Below are positions 54,185 through 64,000 of a stretch of DNA of 64,000 bases, one piece after another. The stretch is from a virus. Positions within the stretch are counted from its first letter, which is position 1; each line of letters begins with the position of its first letter. The notes under the pieces were generated by a model, which saw only the letters and a program-made list of their open reading frames with translations, did no database searches and was not told the DNA's origin. The DNA lies in the IMG/VR virus record IMGVR_UViG_3300031227_000013; one strand, given 5' to 3'. The translations under genes were made by a program, and so were the position numbers.

Positions 54185-55204
54185 TTAGTCCTCTATGAAA
54201 TTTAGAAGAGCATCTGCATCCGGAGATGGTAATGAACTTATAACAGCTAGTTTTTCAGACATATCTCCTTCGGGCATTTCACCGAGGTAGTCTGTGAAGA
54301 ACTGATTCACCTTATCTTCAGCTAGTTTAATCAGGGCTACTGATTTACCGTTCTGGAGATTGATATAATCCTTCTTGATTTCGGAAGCTCTTTTTTCTGT
54401 AAAACGGAAAAGAGTTTCTTCGGGAGTATCCAGAATATCTTTATGATAAAATCTGGCACAATTTGATGTATCGTCACATATGTCTAATACACACGCTATC
54501 TTGTGTAGTATAGTCGGAGTAACTTTACTCTCTGTAAGAGTGTCAGCGGCTTCTGCAAGCTTCTCACTCAACTCGGGGTTCTTTCTGTTGTACAGAGCGG
54601 CTCTGTCCGCAAGTGCCGTCAGAACCTGCTTTCTGGTACACATACCGTATCCTGCCGCCTTCTCCAGATATTCAGATACTTCTTCTGTTAAAGAAGCTTC
54701 TTTCTGTAAAGGAATATTAAGCATTGTTCTTGCTAGTTTTCTACGTTGAGGATAGGTAAATTTTTCTTTATTCTCAAATATCTGGATAGCTGCTTTTTCG
54801 AAATCTCTAGGAGTATTAAGAATCCACTCGTCTATCTGACCGCCTTGATAATCAACAATAGGTAAATGATAAGCTGTTTTAGTCAGCATTTCCTTTACTG
54901 TATAGTCTTTATCCAGCCCCCAGAATTCAGAGGCCTTATTAATATTCTCACTTACTTCTTCCAATAAAGCCGCGTTTTTATACATATCCTTATTCTTAGT
55001 AAAATATAATCGGGACAGATAGGTATCCTTTTTTGTATGCACAGGATACTTACCATTGGTTTTATCTGCGAAGCAGTTTGAGGGTATCTGGTCTTTTTCT
55101 TCCGGATTACTTGCTTCCGCAGTCTTGACAAACCCCGGAAGGTCGATTACCTTATAGAAGCCATAAAGTTGTTTTCGACTTCGGTCATCAAATTGATCAT
55201 ACAT
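54185..55204 (-). CDS. Hypothetical protein with many K-x-A motifs (probable head/scaffold-associated)
   Basis: VKTA, TKTA, EKAA, QKEA, EKAA, EKLA, EKRA, IKLA, EKLA and others. Confidence 0.7.
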   Translation of the reverse strand: MYDQFDDRSRKQLYGFYKVIDLPGFVKTAEASNPEEKDQIPSNCFADKTNGKYPVHTKKDTYLSRLYFTKNKDMYKNAALLEEVSENINKASEFWGLDKDYTVKEMLTKTAYHLPIVDYQGGQIDEWILNTPRDFEKAAIQIFENKEKFTYPQRRKLARTMLNIPLQKEASLTEEVSEYLEKAAGYGMCTRKQVLTALADRAALYNRKNPELSEKLAEAADTLTESKVTPTILHKIACVLDICDDTSNCARFYHKDILDTPEETLFRFTEKRASEIKKDYINLQNGKSVALIKLAEDKVNQFFTDYLGEMPEGDMSEKLAVISSLPSPDADALLNFIED

Positions 55205-55217
55205 AACGAGGTACCTT

Positions 55218-56585
55218 TTGTTAAATTCAAATAATTTTTTAATGGAACTTACTAATACGCGTATATCTTACAATAAACCATGTTACGTCAATTGTCCAGT
55301 CTGTACAGGAATAAATACTCTGTTCCTGCTGCATACACCCAAATTAACCTGGGGCTACTGTACAGGATGTTTGAGCGCGGGAGCAGTAAAGGATTGGGAG
55401 GACTGCTGTGTACACGGGAAACCTTTCGATAATTTTTATTACAAAGCAGATAAGATGTTTCGTAAGTATGCAGCTCGGGTAGATAAAAATATAGCTAACC
55501 CCCAACAGGTTCAGCTATTAAGAAATCTAGGCTACGGTTTATTTGCATCTTCAGCAGAGAGTCCGGTAGGTCTGACTTCAATTACAGAATTTTATGCTGA
55601 TTTAAAAGATGCTTTAATTAATTCAGATATAATCCTCAAAAAAAGAGGGTATTATACTATCGAGGATAAGCCCAGTGTTATTATTCCTTTATATTATAGT
55701 AAACATCAAATAGTCGGATTCACCATATACGATGGAAAATGTTTTCATAGTTTTTATCCTGAAGAGTATAGATACAATATATATTATCAACAAGGAAATC
55801 AATATAATGCAAGAGAGCTTTTTATACCTGAGAATTTAAAAAGTATGCTTCATCTTCAAGCTATACGTGCAGACCTGAATAAAAGCCCGGCTAATTTAAT
55901 AGTTCCTTTTTATCCATTCAATTATATAAATAAAAAAACAGGTAAAACCAGTTCCACTACTCATCTAAGACACACTGATCCTCAGAAAGCTTATTTTATG
56001 ACCTACAATAAGCCATGGGCTATTCAACAAGGTTGTCGACTCAGCCGACATTGTTCTGTTTATTTTTATAAAAATACAATTCCACTAGAACCTGATTTTC
56101 CTATGCTGTATGTGATACGGGAGCCTGAGAAATATTTTGAACCTATAGGAGACCACTTTAAAAAATTGGATATGGAAGACAGATTAATAACAGATTACTC
56201 AAAGACTCCTAAAGATGTACCAAAATATTTTATTCATGAGAATAGTATTTTTCAGAATAGTAAAAAAGGACTTTATAAAGTAACAAAATATGTTATTCAT
56301 ATAGAACATGAAAAGGATCCTCAACTATTTTCCTTATATATAAGTACAGATAAGGAAATACAGATTCACCGATATATTAATGTAAGGGTATTTGAAGATA
56401 TCGAATGTCTTAATAGTTTACTTAATTTATGTAAAACAGGAAAAAAAGAAGCATACTTCCTTGATTTTCCAAAAAAGCAAAGTATATTGTTAGTGTTACT
56501 AAGCCTACAATCCATAACCAGGAGATATATTCATGAGCAGAAAAAAGAGAAGAGACAAACGGAGTACCCGAAACCCCTCCCTTAA
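55218..56585 (+). CDS. Hypothetical protein with an N-terminal zinc ribbon (remote primase-like N-terminus)
   Basis: CPVC...CTGC; VIIPLY...IVGF. Confidence 0.55.
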   Translation: MLNSNNFLMELTNTRISYNKPCYVNCPVCTGINTLFLLHTPKLTWGYCTGCLSAGAVKDWEDCCVHGKPFDNFYYKADKMFRKYAARVDKNIANPQQVQLLRNLGYGLFASSAESPVGLTSITEFYADLKDALINSDIILKKRGYYTIEDKPSVIIPLYYSKHQIVGFTIYDGKCFHSFYPEEYRYNIYYQQGNQYNARELFIPENLKSMLHLQAIRADLNKSPANLIVPFYPFNYINKKTGKTSSTTHLRHTDPQKAYFMTYNKPWAIQQGCRLSRHCSVYFYKNTIPLEPDFPMLYVIREPEKYFEPIGDHFKKLDMEDRLITDYSKTPKDVPKYFIHENSIFQNSKKGLYKVTKYVIHIEHEKDPQLFSLYISTDKEIQIHRYINVRVFEDIECLNSLLNLCKTGKKEAYFLDFPKKQSILLVLLSLQSITRRYIHEQKKEKRQTEYPKPLP

Positions 56586-57012
56586 ACTCCCTATAAGCGG
56601 AGAAACTATCTTTATAAAAAAGGCTAAGCCGATAAATCCCGGAGATACAGGAAGTATGTTTATAGACCGTATGTATGCTCAGGGAGGTTTTGTTATAGTT
56701 CAGATATTGAACTACACTACAAATAAAATGCAGAAGAAAATGCTGGATCCTTCTGATGCTGTTCAGAGACTCAATGCTATTCTACAGGGATTCCCCCCGC
56801 AGTATGTTCCGGATGGATTTAGAGAAGCTGTTATAAAGGCTGTTATTGCTGCTAAGCGTCAGACATTAGAAGGGGAAAACGAACTGTATAAACAGAACCT
56901 GGACATAGACGATCTTACAGAACAACTCAAAGCGGATATTAAGGCTGAGCGTGAACTTGATCCCGAGCTTGATAAAGAAATGAGAATAATCGAGTTGGCT
57001 AATAAACATTAA
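56533..57012 (+). CDS. Hypothetical protein
   Basis: 159-aa ORF with SD; converges on the tail region. Confidence 0.7.
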   Translation: MSRKKRRDKRSTRNPSLKLPISGETIFIKKAKPINPGDTGSMFIDRMYAQGGFVIVQILNYTTNKMQKKMLDPSDAVQRLNAILQGFPPQYVPDGFREAVIKAVIAAKRQTLEGENELYKQNLDIDDLTEQLKADIKAERELDPELDKEMRIIELANKH

Positions 57013-59651
57013 GTAGTAGAACTACTGGAAGGCATGGCTTCTGTACTGCTTGAAGTCATTACTTCCGAACTACTAGAACTAACAGTAGGTCCTCCCCATC
57101 CCTCAGGTATTCCGTCCCAGTTAGTTAGACTACTATCGTTATGTCCGGTAAAGGCGTTCGTTCCAGTTAAAGTTCCATGTGCGTTCCATAAGTCAGGTGC
57201 AGTTCCGGCAGATGCCGCTGTACTTGCGCTAACCCTAAAGAAATTAGTAAAACTAACCGTTTGTCCACTAAACCTTGTAGTTTTTGTTACGGCCCCCGAT
57301 TCATCATAGAATAACCACGGAGACATAACTAATTTAGAACAATTTTGGAATGTATTTATAAATGATGGGGCAGTAGTATTGTATTTAAACAATCCATCGG
57401 GGACACTCGTTAAACCATTACAAGTATAGAATGTATCAGTAAAACCATTATTTGTAACTAATGTATTATAACGGAATAAATCAGCAGGCAATGTTGTTAA
57501 ACCAATACAATTATAGAATGTTCGATAAAAACCACCTGATGAAACTTCTGTATTATACCTAAATAAATCAACAGGTAATGTTGTTAAACCAGTGCATCCA
57601 AAGAATGTTACATTAAAACCCGCCCCTGAGACTAACGTATTATATCGGAACAAATCAACAGGTAATGAAGTTAAACTAGTACAAGTATAGAATGTTCCAG
57701 AAAAGCAATTTGTTGAAGCTAACGTATTATATTTAAACAAATCTATTGGTATTGATGTTAAACCACAATTTTTAAATGTCTGTGTAAAACTGTATATTGA
57801 ACTCAGGGTATTATATCTAAACAAATCAGTTGGTAATGATGTTAGGTTAGCACAATTATTAAATGTATAGGCAAAAGCATTTGATGTAACCCCCACATTA
57901 TATCTGAACAAATCAACAGGCAATGAAGTTAAACTAGTACAGCCAAAGAATGTTGAATTAAATGAAGTTATACCTGTTATACCTCTTATTGGACTCAGGA
58001 TTGCAGTCAGCTTAGACGGATTCGTTAAAAATCTAAATACAGTACACTCCCCCCGCATTGTTAGAGTATAAACATTAGTTCCAGAATAAGTATGTTGTGC
58101 GGTGCCTGCTCCATTAACAGTAACAGGAGCACCTTCTCCCCAATCAATTACTAAATCAACTGCATTAGAATATGAAATACCAACCAAATCTGCGCCCGTA
58201 GTTGTTATCTCAAAATTACTACGTTCATCGAATGAACTGGAACTGCTGGAGCTGGTAGGTAATACTCCAGGAGTACTGGAGCTGCTGGTGCTTGTTATAC
58301 CTAAGGAACTGCTAGAGCTAGGTGAACTGGATGAACTAGATGAACTGGAGCTACTTGTTATACCTTCTGAACTACTGGAACTACTTGAACTAGAGCTGGA
58401 TGAACTAGAACTGCTAGAACTACTTGTTATACCTTCTGAACTACTTGAGCTGCTGGAACTGCTAGAACTGCTGGAGCTTGAAGAGCTACTGGAAGAACTG
58501 GTACTGCTGGAACTTGTTGTTAAAGCTTCTGTACTGGAACTTGAAGAACTGCTTGAGCTGCTACTGCTAGTACTACTACTCGAACTAGTTGTTTTTATCT
58601 CTGTACTGGAAGAACTGGCGCAATCCCCGGACGCAACATCAGGTGCAGGAGCCGTACCTGTATAAACAGCCCATGGTAATTCATCAGGAGACACATAGGG
58701 ATGTGTAACAGGTGTATGATAATCCTGAGTTATCCCCCTCTGTCCCAAAGCCCATTGACTTGTAGATGTAAAGTAAAGTTCCTTGCCTTCTGAATTAGTA
58801 AAGTATTCATGTGTATTATAAATACCCGCCAGCCCATAATCTCCATCATAATCTTCATCCCCAGCCCCACTTATACAATAACTATTAGGGAAAGAGGAAC
58901 TGCTCTCGCTGGAGCTTGAATTGGTACTGGAGCTTGTAGCAATACCTTCTGAAGAAGTACTGCTGGAACTGGAGGTCAACTCTTCTGTACTGCTGGAAGA
59001 GCTTGTAGTTAATTCTTCTGTACTGGAACTGGAGCTTGAACTGCTGGAAGACTGTGAGCTTGAGCTGCTTGAAGAGCTTGAGCTGTTCAGACTGCTTTCA
59101 GATGCACTGCTCTCGGATAAACTGGTTCCTGATAAAGTAGTCTCGCTGGAACTGGTAGAAGAACTACTGCTTGTACTTGTTGTTGAATTAATAGAACTGG
59201 AAGAACTGCTGTCATGTGTACTTTCTGAGTTACTACTCTCGGACTTACTGGTTTCGGAGGCGCTCGAAGGAGTCTCTCCCGAAGATTGAGAACTGCTGGA
59301 ACTGCATGGATAATTGGTAAATAAAATCTCGTCAGATACTTCTTCTATCTGATTATAAATAACATATAGTTTATTAAGGTCTACAGTTATAGACGCAAGC
59401 ATTTCCGTAGCGAAATCATTTCTTCTGTAATAGAGATCGATGCTATCTGAGCGATATACATCTCCTGTATCTTCCGGTACCAATAACATATCGGGAAGAG
59501 AAGAGACTTGAGCATATACTCCGTCTACATAAGTAAAAGGATTAACTTCCGCTACACTTATTCTAAGTCTGGATGTATACAGGTCCGGAGCGGCAGTTAC
59601 TATACTGGAGGTGATAGTCCACATACTACACCGTCCTGTCCAGAGCATCAC
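57009..59651 (-). CDS. Ser-rich, BspA-like leucine-rich-repeat protein (putative tail fibre/adhesin)
   Basis: Two poly-Ser tracts, VIDWGEG PKD-like strand, eight ~29-aa repeats F-x-x-TF-x-x-C-x-x-LT-x-LP-x-DLFRYN. Confidence 0.8.
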   Translation of the reverse strand: MMLWTGRCSMWTITSSIVTAAPDLYTSRLRISVAEVNPFTYVDGVYAQVSSLPDMLLVPEDTGDVYRSDSIDLYYRRNDFATEMLASITVDLNKLYVIYNQIEEVSDEILFTNYPCSSSSSQSSGETPSSASETSKSESSNSESTHDSSSSSSINSTTSTSSSSSTSSSETTLSGTSLSESSASESSLNSSSSSSSSSSQSSSSSSSSSSTEELTTSSSSSTEELTSSSSSTSSEGIATSSSTNSSSSESSSSFPNSYCISGAGDEDYDGDYGLAGIYNTHEYFTNSEGKELYFTSTSQWALGQRGITQDYHTPVTHPYVSPDELPWAVYTGTAPAPDVASGDCASSSSTEIKTTSSSSSTSSSSSSSSSSSSTEALTTSSSSTSSSSSSSSSSSSSSSSSSSSSEGITSSSSSSSSSSSSSSSSSSSEGITSSSSSSSSSSSPSSSSSLGITSTSSSSTPGVLPTSSSSSSSFDERSNFEITTTGADLVGISYSNAVDLVIDWGEGAPVTVNGAGTAQHTYSGTNVYTLTMRGECTVFRFLTNPSKLTAILSPIRGITGITSFNSTFFGCTSLTSLPVDLFRYNVGVTSNAFAYTFNNCANLTSLPTDLFRYNTLSSIYSFTQTFKNCGLTSIPIDLFKYNTLASTNCFSGTFYTCTSLTSLPVDLFRYNTLVSGAGFNVTFFGCTGLTTLPVDLFRYNTEVSSGGFYRTFYNCIGLTTLPADLFRYNTLVTNNGFTDTFYTCNGLTSVPDGLFKYNTTAPSFINTFQNCSKLVMSPWLFYDESGAVTKTTRFSGQTVSFTNFFRVSASTAASAGTAPDLWNAHGTLTGTNAFTGHNDSSLTNWDGIPEGWGGPTVSSSSSEVMTSSSTEAMPSSSSTT
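57320..57965 (-). repeat. Tandem ~87-bp LRR-coding repeats
   Basis: Recurrent plus-strand units such as ...AAACAAATCAACAGGTAATGAAGTTAAAC... Confidence 0.8.
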
Positions 59652-59973
59652 AAAGGTTTTCTATGTCCTGTGCCATCTGCAGTAAAGTATTATATACTAA
59701 TTTAGAATCCTTTATAACGATATCTATATATTCTTTCCGGAAGAAAGAGAAATCTGTTCCCACGGTATCTTCCGGATATTCTGATATATCTGAGGGCTGT
59801 GCTATATTTACAAATACATTTCTCAGACTTGTGTTATAAGGTACAGGTAGTTTATGCTGATATACAAATATCTTAGCTGTCATATGGTCAGTCTCAGATG
59901 TCCAGGCTTGAAGTCTCCATTGTCCATCTATCTGAAGTGTTAAATTATATTTTACTGTTATTTTGTGTTCCAC
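59626..59973 (-). CDS. Hypothetical protein (tail region)
   Basis: 115 aa; resembles the N-terminal domain of the adjacent LRR protein in layout (FR-x-x-x-IDL/I). Confidence 0.65.
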   Translation of the reverse strand: MEHKITVKYNLTLQIDGQWRLQAWTSETDHMTAKIFVYQHKLPVPYNTSLRNVFVNIAQPSDISEYPEDTVGTDFSFFRKEYIDIVIKDSKLVYNTLLQMAQDIENLCDALDRTV

Positions 59974-60236
59974 AATAGTTCCAATAAGGCTGTTGGGAAT
60001 ACCCCTACGAGCATTTCCTTGTTTCTACCTTCTACAGGTAATTCGAATATCTTAGTTAATATAGCCCGTCTAAGTCTACTTTTCCTGCATTTTCTACATC
60101 CGCCCCCTTTATTCTTTTTTAACTGATCTGAAATTTCAGGGTATACCAGAACCAGAGCCCCTCTATTACTCCAGAGTTGCTCGTAGGTTATCCTATTAAT
60201 ATAGGAGTATTTATTCTGGGGATTTATCTTGGACAT
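59958..60236 (-). CDS. Small basic Cys protein
   Basis: GGGCRKCR. Confidence 0.6.
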   Translation of the reverse strand: MSKINPQNKYSYINRITYEQLWSNRGALVLVYPEISDQLKKNKGGGCRKCRKSRLRRAILTKIFELPVEGRNKEMLVGVFPTALLELLWNTK

Positions 60237-61263
60237 TAAGTATGGCTTTCGCTTTATTTAAGAGGTATTTTATAGGAATGTCGTATTTAGCGCTTTCCAT
60301 GAGCTTCAGGCGCTCTTCCCTTATTTCCATAGCCAGTTCCGGATATGAGTCTATGCACTCGTCAGAGGCCTCTGCAAGGTGTCCTATGGCGATCCAGATA
60401 GATATCCCTATTTCCCTGTCCAGAAGAGTTAGATTACTCTTTAAATCCATCATTACCTTTCTAAGGTGCTGTACAGATTTATGTTCTAAATCTTTTATGT
60501 CTATAATAGCTGTAAGATCTTTATGTATCCTTTCAAGATCAGGCTTCCTATCTGCAGGACATACCTCGACAGCCTCTTCTATATGTGTCAGAGCATATTC
60601 TACGTGTTCCGGATATGTCTGAAGGCTTTCCTTAAGTAAAACATATGCCTGAGCTAAATGCTTTCCGGTACATTCTATACAATCTTCTCTGGGAATTCCT
60701 GTCTTATCGTTGATTCTATTTGTTTCCTGTTTAAGAGATGTAACGTACGGGGCTAATTGACCGTGAATCTCAGCAAGAGGTGTTATATCTATATTCGGGT
60801 TTTCTAAAATATACCCTGATAAAGCCTCTATCAATAATCGTTTCTGACTATTTCTTTTACAATTAGAACAGTTCGGTTTTTCTGTAATTTTTAAAGCTTC
60901 TCTAAAGGCTTCTGCCATATCTGGAAATAATTCTATTATTTTATCTTTAAAATCCCATATCGTTTTAAAGGGCTGTGGAGGTGCTTCTCCTCTCCTGATA
61001 ACATATGTATTTTCTTCATCAGTCTCATATATAGAAAATATACGGATGTGTGCTACTTTTTTTATAACATCTATAGGTATTTCTTTTTCCCCCGAAAACC
61101 TAGGCATGTTAGAATGCTCATCAGTAATAAATTTTTTAGCTTCCAAATCAGCTAATAATATTGGAATATCTGTTATTCTTTTTAATACTTTCATATTAGC
61201 TGCCTCGGTTATATTCCTTTGTTTAAGTATGTTACCAGTCCTTGAAATCGAAATAATCCTCAA
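60211..61263 (-). CDS. Hypothetical protein with Cys/His motifs
   Basis: CSNC; CIEC..KHLAQA and GHLAEA internal repeat. Confidence 0.65.
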   Translation of the reverse strand: MRIISISRTGNILKQRNITEAANMKVLKRITDIPILLADLEAKKFITDEHSNMPRFSGEKEIPIDVIKKVAHIRIFSIYETDEENTYVIRRGEAPPQPFKTIWDFKDKIIELFPDMAEAFREALKITEKPNCSNCKRNSQKRLLIEALSGYILENPNIDITPLAEIHGQLAPYVTSLKQETNRINDKTGIPREDCIECTGKHLAQAYVLLKESLQTYPEHVEYALTHIEEAVEVCPADRKPDLERIHKDLTAIIDIKDLEHKSVQHLRKVMMDLKSNLTLLDREIGISIWIAIGHLAEASDECIDSYPELAMEIREERLKLMESAKYDIPIKYLLNKAKAILNVQDKSPE

Positions 61264-62188
61264 ACTTATATACAGCCTGTGCGGTTGTTCCTAAATACCA
61301 ACCATTACCACCAGTTACAGGGGCCGTGCATGTGACTGTCTCAATTTTTCCCATTAACACTGAGGTTATATAAGCACTTGCCGCTATATCAACGCCCGAT
61401 GCAATTTTCAAATAATCGCCCTCACCATAACCAACATAATCATTATTCTCATATACTGCTGGAGTTGGTGCGCCGATTCCACTAAATTGACAATATGCAT
61501 CGATTGTTGCTATTTCACTACGAGTATTTTGAACTTGGTATGTATTACTGTGTCGTGCGATTACCCAACCGCTACTTCTTTTTACAAAATAATGTCCAAC
61601 CAAAACGCTCTGATTCCCCCATGGAGCGGCGAACCATTTTATAATTGCTTGTGCCGGTGTTGCGCCTGAAGTTCTACCCTTTACCAGTGCATTAGGGTCT
61701 AATAAGCAGTCTTGAGTTTCATTGGTACTTCTTAAAAGATTTATAATCTTATATTGCTGAACAGCCCAATCAGCATCAACAAACAATCTACCGGGAATTA
61801 ACCTTGAAACAGCTCCTATCGCTATCAACATAGTTGCCTCAGACCACATTGGTATAGTTGCTTCATTATCATAATTACCCGGACTTCCAACTGGTAAAGT
61901 ATGATTTACAAACAATGGTATAAGCGCTGTAATCTTTGCCTGAATGGCGGCTTGAATAGCATATAACGTATATAATCTGTGTGTCGTTGATAATAACGCG
62001 GTTCCGGTAGCAGTACAACGCTCATTCGCGCCAGTAATAATATTATCAAGAACTGAAAACTCAGAGCATAATCGACATTCATTTGTTACAAATATATTAG
62101 AATCCCAAGGCATTATACACTCTTTCCTGTTACCAGTGCCGGTCCCGCAATCTGTCGATTTACAGCTGTTATAGCCCCATATGCCCAC
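61232..62188 (-). CDS. Putative virion structural protein
   Basis: Thr/Gly/Ala-rich, beta-rich composition; tail region. Confidence 0.55.
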   Translation of the reverse strand: MGIWGYNSCKSTDCGTGTGNRKECIMPWDSNIFVTNECRLCSEFSVLDNIITGANERCTATGTALLSTTHRLYTLYAIQAAIQAKITALIPLFVNHTLPVGSPGNYDNEATIPMWSEATMLIAIGAVSRLIPGRLFVDADWAVQQYKIINLLRSTNETQDCLLDPNALVKGRTSGATPAQAIIKWFAAPWGNQSVLVGHYFVKRSSGWVIARHSNTYQVQNTRSEIATIDAYCQFSGIGAPTPAVYENNDYVGYGEGDYLKIASGVDIAASAYITSVLMGKIETVTCTAPVTGGNGWYLGTTAQAVYKFEDYFDFKDW

Positions 62189-63009
62189 TCAACCGTTGCT
62201 ATAATAATCACATCATTGCCGTCTTCTAAACCTGTTATTGAATTTTCAAAACTTAATTCCCCTAAATACCCTGAGTCATAAGTCACTGTACATATTACAA
62301 CTCCTGCCCCTGTTGCTGTGACAGTATCCTGTGCGACCGCGATAAAATAGTTACCAGCTTTTAAATACCCAATAGCTATTGTAATTTCATTACCTACATA
62401 CGACAATGAAAAATAACCATTATAGAGATCACCAACTTCTTCTAAGCAATGCTCAAATGTTAAAACCTGCGCTTTAGACGATTCATTGGGATATAGATCG
62501 CTACATAACTCATTGAAGTCGTAATAACTCGGAGATAGAATAGCTTTATCATAAGTTTTAGGAGGTGCGGGCTCTATAAATTCATCCCCGGCATATACTT
62601 TATTATCATCAACATCTTTATACCAGGCTCTTCTTTCCCCCGGGGGATCTTCATCTTCGTATTCCCAGCAGGTGCTACAGGTATCTGTCGGCTTCGCTGC
62701 GGAAGGGCGTAATGTTATTCCACGGGTAGATACAGGAGGTACATCCGGGTATTCGACTTCCAGGTATCCTGTATCTAGTTTATTCTGACAAAGATGTGTA
62801 TATGCTGTAGGTATAGGAGTTTCCCGATAATCAGTCCATATTATCTGATCTATAACACTCTCGCATTCGACAGGGACTTTAAGATACTTGTTTCCTGAAC
62901 AATCCATACAGTATATATGTACCTGCGTAATGCCCAGACATCCATATCCATCAGGATATCCTACTACATCCCCATAGCCTGTTCTATATTCTGCAATTCT
63001 TCCACTCAT
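62113..63009 (-). CDS. Putative virion structural protein
   Basis: 298-aa ORF in the tail region. Confidence 0.55.
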   Translation of the reverse strand: MSGRIAEYRTGYGDVVGYPDGYGCLGITQVHIYCMDCSGNKYLKVPVECESVIDQIIWTDYRETPIPTAYTHLCQNKLDTGYLEVEYPDVPPVSTRGITLRPSAAKPTDTCSTCWEYEDEDPPGERRAWYKDVDDNKVYAGDEFIEPAPPKTYDKAILSPSYYDFNELCSDLYPNESSKAQVLTFEHCLEEVGDLYNGYFSLSYVGNEITIAIGYLKAGNYFIAVAQDTVTATGAGVVICTVTYDSGYLGELSFENSITGLEDGNDVIIIATVEWAYGAITAVNRQIAGPALVTGKSV

Positions 63010-63010
63010 G

Positions 63011-63829
63011 TTAAATCATCTCTATCTTAAGTTCTCCGTCTCCCGGTACAAAGAATACAGAAGGGCTGTGTTCAAAAGGTATATCTCCATCTTCGTTAGG
63101 GAGTATTCCGTTTATAGATATAATCCCTGTAGCATCCGCCTCCCATACCGGTCCCACATCCCACATATTGTCCGGAGCCAGCCCCAGCCCGTTACTGACG
63201 TTTCCATCTATATCCAGTATATTACTTGCTTTACCGTACCTCAAAGTCACGTTATACCCCGAATTAATTTTTATAGCAGCGGGAGCATCAAATGTTTTAA
63301 GATGGGTATTAGCCAAATCTATCCTGTCCTGAGTATTATAATTTCTATATTCATTTACAAACGATACAGACTTAATTGTCCTGTTGAACCAGAAATTCCT
63401 CGCAGGCTCTATTTCGTATGCTTCTGTAGCTATAGTAAGATCGCCTGTCTGATAGGTTAATTTATCGTTAAAAACTATATAGCTTTCAGTTTCTTCCGTA
63501 TTCGAATTATTATATCCCACCACCCCCTCTGTATCTTTAAGAATAGTAAAAGTAGATAAATAAACATCTTCGTCCCCGTCGTCTTTTTCGTATATAGATT
63601 CAAATACATACACTGTTTTAGGAACAGGAGGAAATCCCGGCACGACTATTTGAGTTATCGATTTTAATATTGTATACGCTTTTTTATACGAAGTACCTGT
63701 TGCTCTTGTGGATGAAGGAACTCCCTGTACCTGAAATCTGGCGTCCAGTATACCTGCTATATATTTTCTGTCCGGAACTTCCGGTACAAAAGGATAGGAT
63801 ATGTCAGATGTTGTCAGTCTATTAGGCAT
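63011..63829 (-). CDS. Putative tail/baseplate protein
   Basis: C-terminal 'IISINGILPNEDGDI' collar-like motif common in tail fibres. Confidence 0.55.
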   Translation of the reverse strand: MPNRLTTSDISYPFVPEVPDRKYIAGILDARFQVQGVPSSTRATGTSYKKAYTILKSITQIVVPGFPPVPKTVYVFESIYEKDDGDEDVYLSTFTILKDTEGVVGYNNSNTEETESYIVFNDKLTYQTGDLTIATEAYEIEPARNFWFNRTIKSVSFVNEYRNYNTQDRIDLANTHLKTFDAPAAIKINSGYNVTLRYGKASNILDIDGNVSNGLGLAPDNMWDVGPVWEADATGIISINGILPNEDGDIPFEHSPSVFFVPGDGELKIEMI

Positions 63830-64000
63830 CGCTTATTTTCCATATTTTTATAGCGCTTCCTGTTGTCTCTACTTTCAGAGGAGAGTTGGGGTGTGCCGCC
63901 AACCATACATGCTTAAAAGGTATTCCGTTTACCGTTTTTATAGGCCTGCGAATCACTTCTTCCTCTCCCAGTAGATGTATGAATATCTCTCCGCTCTCCT
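63822..64000 (-). CDS. C-terminal fragment of a putative tail protein (truncated by the window edge)
   Basis: ...RRPIKTVNGIPFKHVWLAAHPNSPLKVETTGSAIKIWKISDA*, with the same (S/T)(I/V)NG motif as its neighbour. Confidence 0.55.
   Translation of the reverse strand, partial: ESGEIFIHLLGEEEVIRRPIKTVNGIPFKHVWLAAHPNSPLKVETTGSAIKIWKISDA

Noticed and set aside
57320-57965. Diversity-generating retroelement or CRISPR array
   Set aside because: Repeats are in-frame LRR codons; no reverse transcriptase, template repeat or repeat-spacer structure in this window
58102-59289. Plus-strand Leu/Glu-rich ORFs (58102..58665, 58921..59289)
   Set aside because: Antisense mirror of the poly-Ser codons; no SD or independent signal
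1-64000. Stop-codon reassignment (alternative genetic code)
   Set aside because: Core genes (polA, dnaB, sbcC, recA, terL) are full length in code 11 and gene packing is dense

Overview
This 64-kb window is a gene-dense, AT-rich stretch of a large (jumbo-type) dsDNA bacteriophage genome, mostly coded on the minus strand. No tRNA, rRNA, CRISPR array, integrase or reverse transcriptase was seen. From left to right it holds: (i) accessory arrays of small paralogous proteins, an RNA ligase and probable internal virion proteins (1-13.9 kb); (ii) a promoter- and terminator-bounded four-gene ubiquitin-like conjugation operon (E2-domain protein, JAB/MPN protease, ThiF/E1, tandem di-Ubl; 14.0-18.0 kb), whose JAB gene is split inside its catalytic H-x-H motif by a 277-nt ORF-less group I intron; (iii) RuvC, methyltransferases and Gp88, then a recombination/replication module (RecA, family A DNA polymerase, primase, DnaB-like helicase, HNH endonuclease, SF2 helicase, SbcC, SbcD; 18-39.6 kb); (iv) a hairpin-rich intergenic region and a terminase large subunit with a 519-aa intein. 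The intein's LAGLIDADG endonuclease is encoded in the +1 frame while the terminase frame stays open, and a GGGAAAG slippery site lies just before the endonuclease stop; (v) accessory genes, including four 'GFVSNSSSSSF' paralogs next to a radical SAM enzyme; (vi) virion/tail genes, including a Ser-rich LRR protein. A 7-copy promoter-like motif and a 4-copy 14-bp palindrome recur across the window. All calls come from motif recognition by eye; no database searches were run.
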